A stretch of 64,000 nucleotides of DNA from Yuukianura sp. NJ FZ-2021 (lineage: Eukaryota): NCBI GenBank assembly GCA_046563655.1, contig CM102289.1, positions 5,022,001 to 5,086,000 on the forward strand, in the 5' to 3' direction. A program made the translations under genes and the position numbers. Below the pieces are notes generated by a model. That model saw only the letters and a list, made by a program, of their open reading frames with translations. It did no database searches and was not told the DNA's origin. This document shows, in pieces, positions 1-13,470 of this stretch (its first letter is position 1; every line of letters starts with the position of its first letter).

Positions 1-514
1 GGACTCTGATTTTATTCAGGCTGTCAGCCTCCGATGAGGGTTTGGGATGATGATGAAGGGTGAGTCAGTGGTGCGTTCATGGGGACAGAGAGATTAGGAT
101 GCCCAACTCTGCATTAGATTATGGGAGATGCCCAAGTCTGTTAAGCCTCCTTAAATAAATGCTTAGAGAACCCAAATCCTCTAAAATAATTAAACACTCT
201 CCGAACTCTCTGGAGTTTTTAAAAATCCTAATTTAAAAAAATTTACTCCACTACTGCACCCGGGATTAGTTCGATACGCTTATAAGAATTTTGAGTTGAG
301 AAAGGTTATGACCGCATCGAATTTTTAAATTGTAAAAAAACTTTTTAGGAAGCTTTTTGAATAAGTTTTAAAAAAAGCAGAACAAGGGTCATGACTTTTC
401 CTTTTTCCAACACTTGGACAATTATGCACGGTTGCGCTTTGAAGAGATTTTGAAACGAATGTTACGCTGCACTTGAGCTGCTGATCCCTTCGAAAAGTCC
501 CTTGCTTCCTTTTG

Positions 515-823
515 TTAAGTAGCAAAAGCTACTTTATGTATCGACCTTGTCCGTCTGTACGTTTCTTCGTAGTGACGAAAACCCGGAAACGACTCAACGT
601 TTTTGGAATAAGATTTCGTATTTGAAATAGGCGACTCTTGAATATTATTTACTACAGTGAGACAAGTCATTGCGGGTCAAAGGTCAAGCAAATTAGTTTG
701 ATCCTTGGTAACGTAAAAATTGACATATACGAACGTACATCTCTTCCTGTGGAACACGTTTTGTGTGTTACAAAATTTTATGCATCTTTCGTTACTTATT
801 TACATCCCGGCTACCACCGGTTT
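515..823 (+). mobile_element. DINE-1/Helentron-like non-autonomous element (HINE-like), ~310 bp
   Basis: Starts in a T-run with hairpin AAGTAGC-aaaa-GCTACTT (517-534), followed by a degenerate GTCY tract GTCCGTCTGTACGT (549-562). The 3' end has GTTACTTA (791-798, imperfect inverse of the 5' TAAGTAGC), a short stem-loop CCGG-ctacca-CCGG (807-820) and TTT. This subTIR / GTCY / 3' hairpin / T-site layout is the described DINE-1/HINE architecture. Boundaries are approximate. Confidence 0.5.
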
Positions 824-3315
824 ATTATTGTTTTAAGGGTCCATGGATTTGGTGTAACCGGACCCCTTTTCCTAACCTGTTTCTCACGCACTTTCTTCGT
901 TTCTTCCAACTTTTCAAGGAAGTTTCTAAGTCTCTTCTCAATTAGTCATGTTTGTGAGGGGGCCCTTCAAACCTCATTTTCCTCAGTTGTAACCTAAACC
1001 TTTTTAAGAACAAGTTGAACAGTAGTTTTGAGGAAGCAGAGTTTAAACTTTATGGTTTTGTTCTACGTGTAATTACATGGAAGGGACTTCAAGGGCCTCC
1101 CCTTGTGGTTTACAAAAGTTACCAACTTAGAGTTGGAAGGCAGAGAAACAATAACTACTAATAATCCTAAATGTCACTTTTGGGATTTGGAGGGCCCTTA
1201 AATCTGGGTGCGGCAGAACAGTTTCGGGTGTGGGGAGAGTTTTTATTTAAAGCAAAACTTTTTCAATTCTGAATGTAACGCTTTATGTATAAACATAATT
1301 TAGAATCTTTTTGAAAAGTTGAAACCCTTTACCACCTTGGGGTCAAGGGTCGATTTTAGGGACGCACCCTAACATGCTCCACAATGACTGTGCGTAAAGG
1401 GGTCCCTTGAATTTCTTTGTCAAACCATGGAACAGAGATCTAGACAGTTCAAGGGCTCCGTTTTTAGTCATCAAGGGCCCATGAAGAGCCGATCTAAACA
1501 TGTGAGAAGCCTCTTTTCCAACACTTGTGGCGATGCAATAATGATCATCTCCTGCGGTATACGGAATGAGTTGACGCTTTTTCATTTTTTAAATTTCCCT
1601 CTGATTTGGTCCTATTGTGTAACAGAGTGAAACTGCTTTCGAAGCCTTAAGGGCCCTCCGGCCCCCACTTTGGATTCAAAGTCTGGAGCCCTTAACACCC
1701 TCGGAAGTGGGCAAGTGAGTGACATCCGTCACCTCCATGAGCCGAGAGTGTTTGCGCATGCGGTGACGCAAAGCCCTTGAGTGACATAATATTTGAAGAT
1801 GAGCTTAAACCTCTTCTGTTTTGTTACACAAGTTGCTCAAATCCGTAGTCCAAACAATGGGTGCCAAATCTCAAAATCCGGGAAAATTCAAATCGGTTTG
1901 GCCTCAAAATATGTTGCGTAGAAGAATTGGGTTATTGTTGCGGAAACAACACTCATGCAAATGTATAGAAAGTGACTGAGGCAACAAAATTTTAATTGCA
2001 ACAATTGAATTTTTGTGAGCTATAGTCGAAATGCGTGGTTCATTAGTAGACTTTGGTGGGAAATTGAATTAGCAGGGAGAGATTCTGTGGTGTTTTGGAC
2101 TTCAAAGGGCGGGAAACCAAATCATACAAAAAAAATTGAATTGGTTTCGCTCGAATTCCAGTTTATTGCAAAACCTCAAAAAAGTGGAACGAAACCAAAA
2201 GTAATCCAATTCTCTTTTTACGCTTAAAATGAAAAAGAGAAAAAGGGGAGAGAAAATCTGTGTCGTCGGGAGAAACAAAATTGGTGAAAGCAATAGCGAA
2301 AAAGAATCTAAATTTGAACTCTCCCGCCGTCGTTTTTTTTGTTCAAAAAAAAAATTTTGAAACTGAATTTTAAAATTTTGCTAAATTTTTATTTCATTGT
2401 GTTAGTCAAGTTAGGTCACGTGTTAGGTTTGGTTAGCTTTTTCTCGCTGAGTTAGCAGGGGAATTTCAAAATTGAGATTTTTTTTAAGTTCAAAGGTCAC
2501 AATGAGTCACACTTTTTCCAATATTTTTTTGTGTTTGTAAAAATGCACGTTTTGTCCCTCGATGAAGCTTTTTGAAGGCTGTTTGCAGGAGCGTGTGCTG
2601 TTTGTTCTGTTTGAATTTGGTGCGGCTGGAAGCGGAGACTTCGGTTGCATTGTTGAGGCTTAATCAGAAAACCTCAGGGAGTTGTTGAGGAGGGAGATTT
2701 TGAATGGGGAAGTTGGCTGATCTTGTGCCTCCTTTTAATCATGTGAGGGGTGACAAAAGTTGTCCAAATTACACAATGGCAGTAATAACACAGACAGCTA
2801 AAAATGAAAAAGTCTCACAATAAACTACGAAACACACATGGAACCAAACCCTCCTCATTTTACAAATTTCAAATAGTGCTGTTCAAACATGTTTGAACCT
2901 AGGGAGACTTGGAAGTTGTTGCAATTTTGTTTTTTGTTTAATTTGAGTGACAAGTTGCGGCTGGGAAGTTGATAGTTTAAAATGTTAGAATGAAAAGCGT
3001 AGATTGGAATTCCGATTGAACTTTGATGTTGATTGACACCTTGGGTGTGAAGAGCAGAGATGAGATTTCTATTATTCCAAACATCCATTGTTCTTCTGTT
3101 CATCTTCATCCTCATTCAAGATTCGAAAAAATTTAGCACCAAATTCAAAAACAAAAACTTTTATCAACTGCAAATATCTACAAAATAACGATTTCAGCTA
3201 ACACTTGAATGCCAATCTGTCAAACGTTAACAATTTGCAATTTGCCAAAGAATGTTTTGGCGAAAATTGTTTCGAACGTTTATTTTTTTAATGACCGACA
3301 GGTAAGACAAATTGA

Positions 3316-3998
3316 GGTTGAGGTAAACTTTAACGGAACTCATTGTAGCCGCACAGTGTAGCCGCCGGCGGCCATCTTGAGTGGCTACAATGGGTGGCTA
3401 CGCTTGAGCGGCAACATTTGTAGCCGCCCGTGGAGAATTTTGCCTTGTAGCCACCATATTGTAGCCGCACATGCTAAATAATGCTGGCAACACTGTTTAA
3501 GAATTTAAGATGACCTAACCTATAGACGCAATTAGTACTGCGAACTTTAAACAGCCTAACCTACAGACGAAATCAGTATTGCGAACTTTAAAAACCTAAC
3601 TCCGCGCCTTCGGCGCGGGAAAATATAACAGGATTAGAATTTACTGAATCAAAAAGTAAATATTGCCAATCTAAATGTTTTTTGCTGCATCATTCAGAGA
3701 ATTCACTTTTATTTTTCCGCGCCGAAGGCGCGGCGTTAGGTTAGGTTAGTACTTGACAATAGCGATTAGATTCGAGGTTCTCGTTTAGATTATTGTATCT
3801 CGAGACCAAATTCGAAAACATTGTTGCCAGCATTATTTAGCGTATGCGGCTACAATTGGGTGGCGACAAGGGAAATTTTCTCACAAGCGGCTACAAATGT
3901 TGCCGCTCAAGCGTAGCCACCCATTGTAGCCACTCAAGATGGCCGCCGGCGGCTACACTGTGCGGCTACAATGAGTTCCGTTAAAGTTTACCTCAACC
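3316..3998. mobile_element. Foldback-type MITE (non-autonomous DNA transposon) with 183-bp TIRs and 8-bp TSD; Merlin- or Mutator-like termini
   Basis: TIRs at 3316-3498 and 3816-3998; the outer 112 bp are perfectly inverted (GGTTGAGGTAAACTTTAACGG...). Direct repeat CAAATTGA at 3308-3315 and 3999-4006. GG...CC termini. TIRs carry repeated TGTAGCCRC sub-motifs. No ORF. Confidence 0.92.
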
Positions 3999-6900
3999 CA
4001 AATTGAAGTGAATTAGGCGGAAGATTTTGAAAAGAACAAAAGAGGATGGTGGAAATGTTTGAACTTTCGTTGTGAGGAAAACGGGAATGTCAAATTATCA
4101 AATGTCACTTCATTTTCCTTTTGTTTTAGAGTTGGGAAATGGAGACACGATGATGCCCAACTCTGAGTCATGAAATTGAAAAGTGCGGGAGGGAAGAAAG
4201 GGCAAAGTAAATTGGGATTTTGAATATGAAATTTCAAATGATACCGCCGGAGTTTGGGGAGCTGAAGGTTATGAATCACATTTTACAAGATTCAAAATGT
4301 CAAAGTTCATTTTATGGTGTTGAACAAAAGGTCATGTCATTTTATCACAACGTAAATTGGAAAAATTCGAAATTTTTTGAAATTTATTTTTGTGTAGACC
4401 CAAAAAAGAACGAAATAAAAAAAATTGCTTCCTGTTCAATTTTCAACGCTCAAATTTCAGCGCTGAGTCAAAAATTGAACCACAGGAAAGTCTTAACCTT
4501 GGAAAATACAAAAACAGGTTTTTATGAAAAGTGTGAAGATATTTTTTTACAACCTTTTTGGAACCTGTTGAACTGTTTTTGTTGACAACAGAGGTTGAAA
4601 GGTGTGTGATTGATGGAGAGAAGCGTGAATTGTGGATTTGTAAACCACAGGACTCGAGATGGATTGAATCAAAATTAGGCAACAGAAGAGAGTCCTGAGG
4701 TTACAAAAATGAATTTTTAAGTTTCACCCCTTTCACTTTTTTCATTTTGAGCTGCATTGTTCCATTTTTTGCACTTTTGTCCTTGGACAACAAAGAAGAA
4801 GCAAAAGATGCTTGTCCAATTGATAATCACGGATGTAGACTTGACTTGGATCGATCGAATTGACACTAATCGTGGGAATCAAACGACAAATGAAGACACA
4901 TTACGCTCAAACTGCGGTTAGAGGTCACAAAACAAGCAGTTTGTACTGCACTACTTAATTGCATTGATAGCCTTCCATAGACTCTCATGACCCCTAGAGG
5001 TCACCAACCCCATTTTCTAAAAGCAATTTAATTGGAATTGAGATCATCTTCCAGCTTAAGTGATCGTTGTTTATACAAACTGCACTTTAAGCTGCAATTT
5101 TAATTTATGAATTGCAATATGATCTTTACATAAAAGCATCTGAAATTCCTTATAACTGGAACGACAAGGTCGATGACCTAATTCCAGCACTTGAACTTTG
5201 ACTTTAACTAGTAACTGAGAACTGAGAGTGTAGAAGCATGATGAACGCAGGGTTTTGTTAAGTGGACAATGACTTTGACTTTGGACTTGAATTTGGCGGG
5301 ACTTGGAACCTGTCGTATCTGGAAAGTTGATCTTGTGTCGAAGATCCCGAGTGAGTTGGGCGGGAAGGGAATTTGAAAATGTTACAAATGGAGTCAGCAT
5401 GACTCCTGCATTTTCCCTTTGTCGCCCCTTGGCATTTGCACGAACAAAGACGACACCACGACGCTCCTCTCGCTTTTCAGCCCCATCGCATCATTCCTTC
5501 GTTACAATCTCAGATTGATCTGCATTCAGAGGTGACGCAGGGGTGATGGTAATTAGAAGACTTCGGAAGTGGGCGGAGTCTCAGAGGTCAACGCCAAAAA
5601 CATCAACATAGCAGCATAACATAGGCGACATAACTTAAGAACATCAATTTATGCAACATGTCTGGCGACATCGCTGGGAAAAGAAGCATTTTCTTATAAA
5701 TTTTTGGAGCAAGCTGCGGGTTTCAGGTTTAGAATTTTTGAAAACAGGATTACTCTCATTCTAGATTTTTCTTTTTTCGAAAATTGGAGCCTGTCCGTGC
5801 ATTGTGTACCTGTTAATAACGTAACGTTGAAGATGAAAAAGTATGTACAATGTTATGTTGGTGAGTGCGTGTGTTATGAAGGTGCGGACGAAGGTTGCTG
5901 GTGGTGCTTCGTCTTGATTCCATTAATCACTGTCAAGCGACGGTGGGAAGACTAAAGTTTGTTCTTGTCTTCCCATAAATTGGAACCACAATTACATCCA
6001 CCTTACTTTCCAAAACCTCAGTCCTCTCTTTCCATTTCAAATTTTTTAAATTTAAAAAATACTTGAAAAAGTTGAGTGACGAGGCTCGACTTTTCATAAT
6101 CTATCAGCCAGAAACATAGACTCAACTTTGACCTCATCAAAAGTTTCTGTTCCAGTTTTCCTCAAAAGTGTTTGGAATTTGTGTACCGATTTGTTGACAA
6201 AAGTGATCAATTATGAACGAAAGGTGACAGAGGTGACACGAGGTCAAATCAACTTTGAAAAAAAGTTAACGGGAAAAATGTCAATAAATTTTGAAATTTT
6301 CAGACAAGTATTTCATGAAAGAAAAAGTTTTTGCTTTCTCTGGAGAAAATCCTAGAAATGACTTTTTGTAGCGTTCCTCCACTTAAAAGTTAATGGTCAG
6401 TACACATGCGTGTAAAAACAAATTGAATTTGGTGGGAAAGTTCAGGATTTAAATTATTCAAACACCGAATTGAAGTTCGGAGTTTTTTTTTGAACTTTTG
6501 AGTAAAGAAATCACAGAAATGAAACTCTATCGATTTGGTGTGTGAACTTTTTGCGAGAATTGGATATGTCATGTCAAGGGGGAAAAAGTTCGCTTAGGTT
6601 TTGGTTAGGCTAAACCTAATCTAGGAAAAAGACGTCGTGGCTTGTGACCAGAGGAGTTGACATTTGGGATGACATTTGAGGGAATGTCAGTGTAGGGGCT
6701 TTTGTGATTAGGTCTAATGTATGTCGACAGGCACAATCTCATTTGCCTCTGGGTAACTCCCCGCAGCATCCCATTGTCATCTCTCCCTTCAAATGAAAAA
6801 AAGAAAGATGCGATGGCGGGAGAAAATGAAAAAATTCGGTTTTGTTCAAATGAAGTCTCCCGCTTTGAAGTTCAAACTTCCCGGGCGGAACCTTGTCATG

Positions 6901-9403
6901 ACTTGAGACGTGGAGGGAGTTTGTCGACATGTCGCCAAACCTCCCTTGTCGCTCTACGACAACTCAACCTTTCCGTTTTATTAAAACGTTAAACTGTTGT
7001 TTTTCCAAGTTTTTTAGGCCGAGAGTCATGTCGCACGGTATGAGGTGTCGTCTTGGGTTGGGTCAAATGTCATTTCTAAATTCCTTTATTTGAAAGACGC
7101 GCCGACGCAGTAGTAGGTTCATATCTAAATTCAATCTCATTTTTTAAATCTGCCGCTCAAAAGCAATTCCTAATCTACGATCAGCCTTCTCTTGCCTTTT
7201 GTTGAGATTGAGACAAAAACTGAAAGTTACCGTAAACGCTCTTCGAAATTCCCTCGGAGCTCAATTTAAAATTGGAAAACGTTTTTGAAGATTTACGGTA
7301 TTTTTAGGCAGCATAACTGTTGTTATTTAGGTGTGAGAATGTGAGAACAAAAGGATTTGGATTAGGAAACGGTTGATGAGAAATGATCTCCTAAGAGATG
7401 CTGGAAGTTGAAAAGCTGTTGTTCAAATAAGGCGCTTCTCCAGAACTACGGACTAGATTTAGGAAGCGCTCAAGTTTGAAATTCCTTTTGAATTCCACGG
7501 CTTCTTCCCGCCTATTAAAACGTCATTTCCCATCTGAAGAAGGCAGAGAGAGGATCTTCCAGAATCCAAAGCTTCCAACGGAGAAGATCTTTTTTCTAAT
7601 CCCATATTTTTAAATCGCCCCACGGTTACTACTGCTCACCAGGGGGCCAAGCAATGAAGAATTTCTCAAACTTCAAACTTAGAAACTTATTTCGACTTCT
7701 TCAGAAACAGAAAAAACGAGTTATTAATAATTCTTGGGAAAAATATTAACAATGGAAATAACAACTCGTGTGTCAACTTCACATTTCAACACGAACGCAC
7801 CAAAATTTATTTCAGTAAGACAGACTTTTACCAAAATTTTAGTGAAATTAAAAACTAAAAGTTTTAAAGGTAGCATTAAAAACATGGGGTAAAAAAAACG
7901 TTCGAAATTAAAGTTGAAGTTCAAAAGTCTGAAAGTCATTTTTAAAACGTTCGCGTTTGTAGTCGGATGTTTGACTTGTCCACATTCGATTTGCTTAGCA
8001 ATTTAAAAAAAAAATTTGGAAAAGTTTTTTTTTGAAAATGCATTCACCTGTTCGTTTTTTTGAAATTGTTCCCCCACCTGTTTCTTAAGGATGACTGATT
8101 TTATGTGCTTAAGACTTGGAAAAAAGTGGATGACAAAAGAGACGCTTGATGGATCAGTTCCTTTCCAAAAGTTTCATTTCAAAATTACCTCCAACATTTT
8201 CAATAGAACGCTTTAAGGTTAACCACTGAAAAGAAGCTGGGGACCCTTGAAGGGCCCTTTTCTTTTTTAAGTCACACAGGAAGCTTCTTCGATTTCAAAT
8301 CTTGAGGGATATTGAATCTGTGTGGTACCTGTGGTCATGGCTCCTTTTTTAAAATTTGTCGGTTCAGAGCTACAAGTAATTTATCTTGAAGGGAGTAACT
8401 TTTGTTTTGTTCAAACTGAACTTTTGAAAAGAAGGGAGCAATCACCCTCCGTAGAGTCAGGGCATTAATAATCATTTAACACTGAAAACATTTTGAATTG
8501 GAAAGACGAAAGGTGGAGGGAGCGGGGGAATTTGAAAGTGTCAAGGCAGTGGAACAGGTCTCTGGTCACGCCAACATCTTCGCATAGAGGGATAATGATG
8601 ACTAATAATAGGATAGGACGAAGGAGACGAATTCTGTTTCAAAAAAAGTTTTTAGAAAAGAAATAAAAGAAAAACTTTTCTCTTTTTCTATTCTTTACGG
8701 GATTTTTATTGTTGACTTGGGTGTCTAGAGATTCATTTCTTATAATTCATCTTCCACTTGACACTTGACTTGGCACTTTTGGACTTTGACATTTTCAAAA
8801 CTTTGCTGAAAAGCTTTCTTTGAGCAATTTGACTTCATCAGAGTCATGCTCACGCCAAAAACTTTCTTTAGCTTCGTAAAAAAAGTGAAGCTGATCGTGC
8901 AAAGTTGGTGCCCATAATTGGGCGAGCGGAGGGCCATAATTGGTCTAAACTGTGCTAATTGACATTTGACTTGAACGAGCAACTTGTCTGTTTTCTTGTC
9001 TTGTCGAACTTGGGAATGTTATCGAATGAAACAAGTTTTTGTGGGGAATGGACAAGGTAAATAGTTGTGCTAAAGACAGGAAGCTGTAAAGTTGGTTTTT
9101 CGTTACTTTATTGTTTTGTATGGACAGTGACAGATGGAGAGGGAATTTTGGTTTTGGCGGGAATGTGAATCTAATTGGCCCATAACTTCTTTCCACTTAA
9201 GGACTTTGACTTGGGACAGGATTTATGCGCATGCGCTTCACCGCACTGCCCACAGCTCTTCCGCCAAACCTCGATTTAGAAAATGTTAAATGGTTTAGAG
9301 AAAAAACTCAACCTTCTATGCGTTGAAGTTTTTGACTTTCTCAGTCAATCTGAATCTTTTTTCTTTAAACTTTTTCAAAAATTCTTGTTTTTTGAATTTG
9401 CAG

Positions 9404-9758
9404 ATGCCTGTTCGCTGTCTGATGTAAACCACATCGAGAGCCTTCAGGAAAAGTCACAGTGTGCCCTGGAAGAGTACTGTCGAACGCAATATCCTAATCA
9501 ACCTACGCGTTTTGGCAAACTGTTACTAAGGCTCCCATCACTCCGCACGGTGTCCTCACAGGTAACCTAAGCGTTAACCTAATTTCCGTAAATTTTGGCG
9601 GCAGATTTGTGAATTTTTGGTGAATTTTGAATTTGCAGGTAATAGAGCAACTCTTCTTTGTTCGAATGGTGGGGAAAACGCCAATTGAAACTCTGATTCG
9701 CGACATGCTGCTGACGGGGAGTACGTACAACTGGCCGTCGTACATTACGAACATGTGA
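9404..9758 (+). CDS. svp: COUP-TF / seven-up (NR2F) nuclear receptor, last two coding exons (C-terminal ligand-binding domain); 5' exons lie upstream of the window
   Basis: Exons 9404-9561 and 9639-9758 with canonical AG/GT sites and a 77-bp intron. They translate to [92 protein letters not shown], the recognisable NR2F LBD end with its AF-2 helix. No upstream NR2F exon was recognised in 1-9403, so that stretch is probably intron. Confidence 0.95.
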
Positions 9759-11553
9759 CACACACTTCCTTCCCCGGTTGTCCTCGCTCATCTAGCTGCC
9801 GTCGCCCAACAACAATGAAAAGCAAACTAACGCAAGAACTCATAAGCAGAACTTTCAAAATTTGCCACTTCAAAAAAATCAGACTGCGCAGAATCACAAT
9901 ACATGTGCGAACCAAATCAATTTCGGAAACTAGGGGAAGTAAAAGTTTCAAACGTCAAGAACAATCATCAAAAAGAACTAAAAGTAGATTATGAATTGTT
10001 ATGTAATTCCAAAAAAACAAAAGTTACGCTTTTTCCATTTTTTGAATTTTGAAAATTTTAACTCTCCGTGTGACATTTAAAAATTTTTTGGTTTGAATTT
10101 ATCCTGAGTTCTTGTGTTTGGTTTTGTGACAATTTGTTTGCTCATATTTTTTTTTAGTGCGGTTTAGATTTTTTTTGAATTGGTTAACAACTTTACATGA
10201 AATGTGATAGGACATTAGTTTTTCCGTTTACTCCAAACTAATACCTTATTTGAAACGTTTTTTTTTTGAAGTCGCGCAGTTAGTGAGCTGAATTTTTAAA
10301 AACTTACCAAATTTTGAACCAAATGATTTTATATAGAAAGTGTTACGGTGTAATAACGTTTACCATTTTCGTTTGTAGCAAATATTTGCAACCAAAATGC
10401 AAAGAAAAAAAATCCTCAACCCGTGACAGACAAAAAGTCCTATTTTATTGTTCCATGACGTTAAGTCTTGTACAGATAAGTAATGGTAAAAATATACTTA
10501 ACGTTTAACTAATTGTGTAGTTATTATGCATTTAACTTTAATTAAAACCCTTGTATGTTAATTATAATTACAATTAGCCAATGCAATCGACAAATGTTCT
10601 TCTCAAGAAGAGATCCCAAATGAGATTTCGAACAAACTTTGAATTTTATCGAGTCAACCTTCAATAAGTCTCTTACTACATTTATAAAATACCCGTTTTT
10701 TTTTTAAAGTTCCCGCCACTTTCAGCATCTTCGACATGAAACATGCTCATGTCAAAACTGGCGACGCAAGAGGGGTAGTTGCTGCCATTTTAGAACTTTA
10801 GTCACAAAGAATTTTCAGAGAAAGTGCGGAAGGCCGACGTACCAAAGTTTAGTTGTACTTTTAAATATTTTTAAGTTTAATTTGGAAACTTGTTATATTT
10901 TGATTAATCGAGTAGTTGTTAATGTTGTGAGGTTTGAGGTTTGATTTATAATTATTATGAACAATGCTCTTCATTGATATTCAATTACTATTACAAATTT
11001 TACAAAGAAATTAAAGAGACAGAACGAAAGAAAAGGAAATCAAATTGATCATGATTGTAACTAAAGGCGGTAATGGACTTTAATAAAATTGATCTCGATG
11101 GAATTCCAAAAATCATGAAAATCTTATGAACTAAATCTAAAAAATATTTTAATAAGAAAATTTCAGACACCAAATCTTAAAAAGATAACCTAATAATATC
11201 TAACAATCTGCATCAAGCGTCCCGCACGAGTTTTAGTGATGCTGCGTCGGCATCTGTCGGAATTCTAGAACAAACCGTAACCTCTTGGCGCGTTCGAATT
11301 CTTGCACATTTGAAATTTCATCTTACAATTTTTTTTCTACTTTCGCTTTTTTATTTCATTCTCCACGTGTTTTGTTGCAGTATATTGAATGGAATTCATT
11401 TCTTTCTATTCATCAGCCGGAAGGAAGTCATCTGTTGTTTTGTTGATGAAAGGAGTCGTCTAATTACGACGATCAATTACATTTCGATTTCATTAATCAA
11501 TTTTTGGACGTAATTTTTTCACGGGAAGGCGAAGAACATATCACTTCTACATT

Positions 11554-13234
<1,681 letters not shown>

Positions 13235-13470
13235 CTTTTAAAAATATATTTACTCTTATAATTCTAATTAGCTATTTTAATTACATTTTCATTTTTTGGA
13301 AACCCCAGAAGTAAAATGCAGATAATCCGTAGAAACTCGTCGAGTTTCTAGAGAATTCTCTCATACCTAGAGTTTCTGATGGCCTTTTGTTAGATCGATA
13401 GAGGAATCCCAAGTTCAAAGTCAATTTTAGTAATTCTTGAACTTTTGAACTGGACATTACTGAAATAACA

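Noticed and set aside
3736..3750. Telomeric (TTAGG)n tract
   Set aside because: Only 2-3 copies, inside a MITE; not a telomere or a substantial interstitial telomeric array.
325..9196. Short ORFs (60-121 aa) in the first 9 kb
   Set aside because: They are F/K/L-biased translations typical of AT-rich non-coding DNA, many with non-ATG starts and no recognisable domains; most likely NR2F intron.
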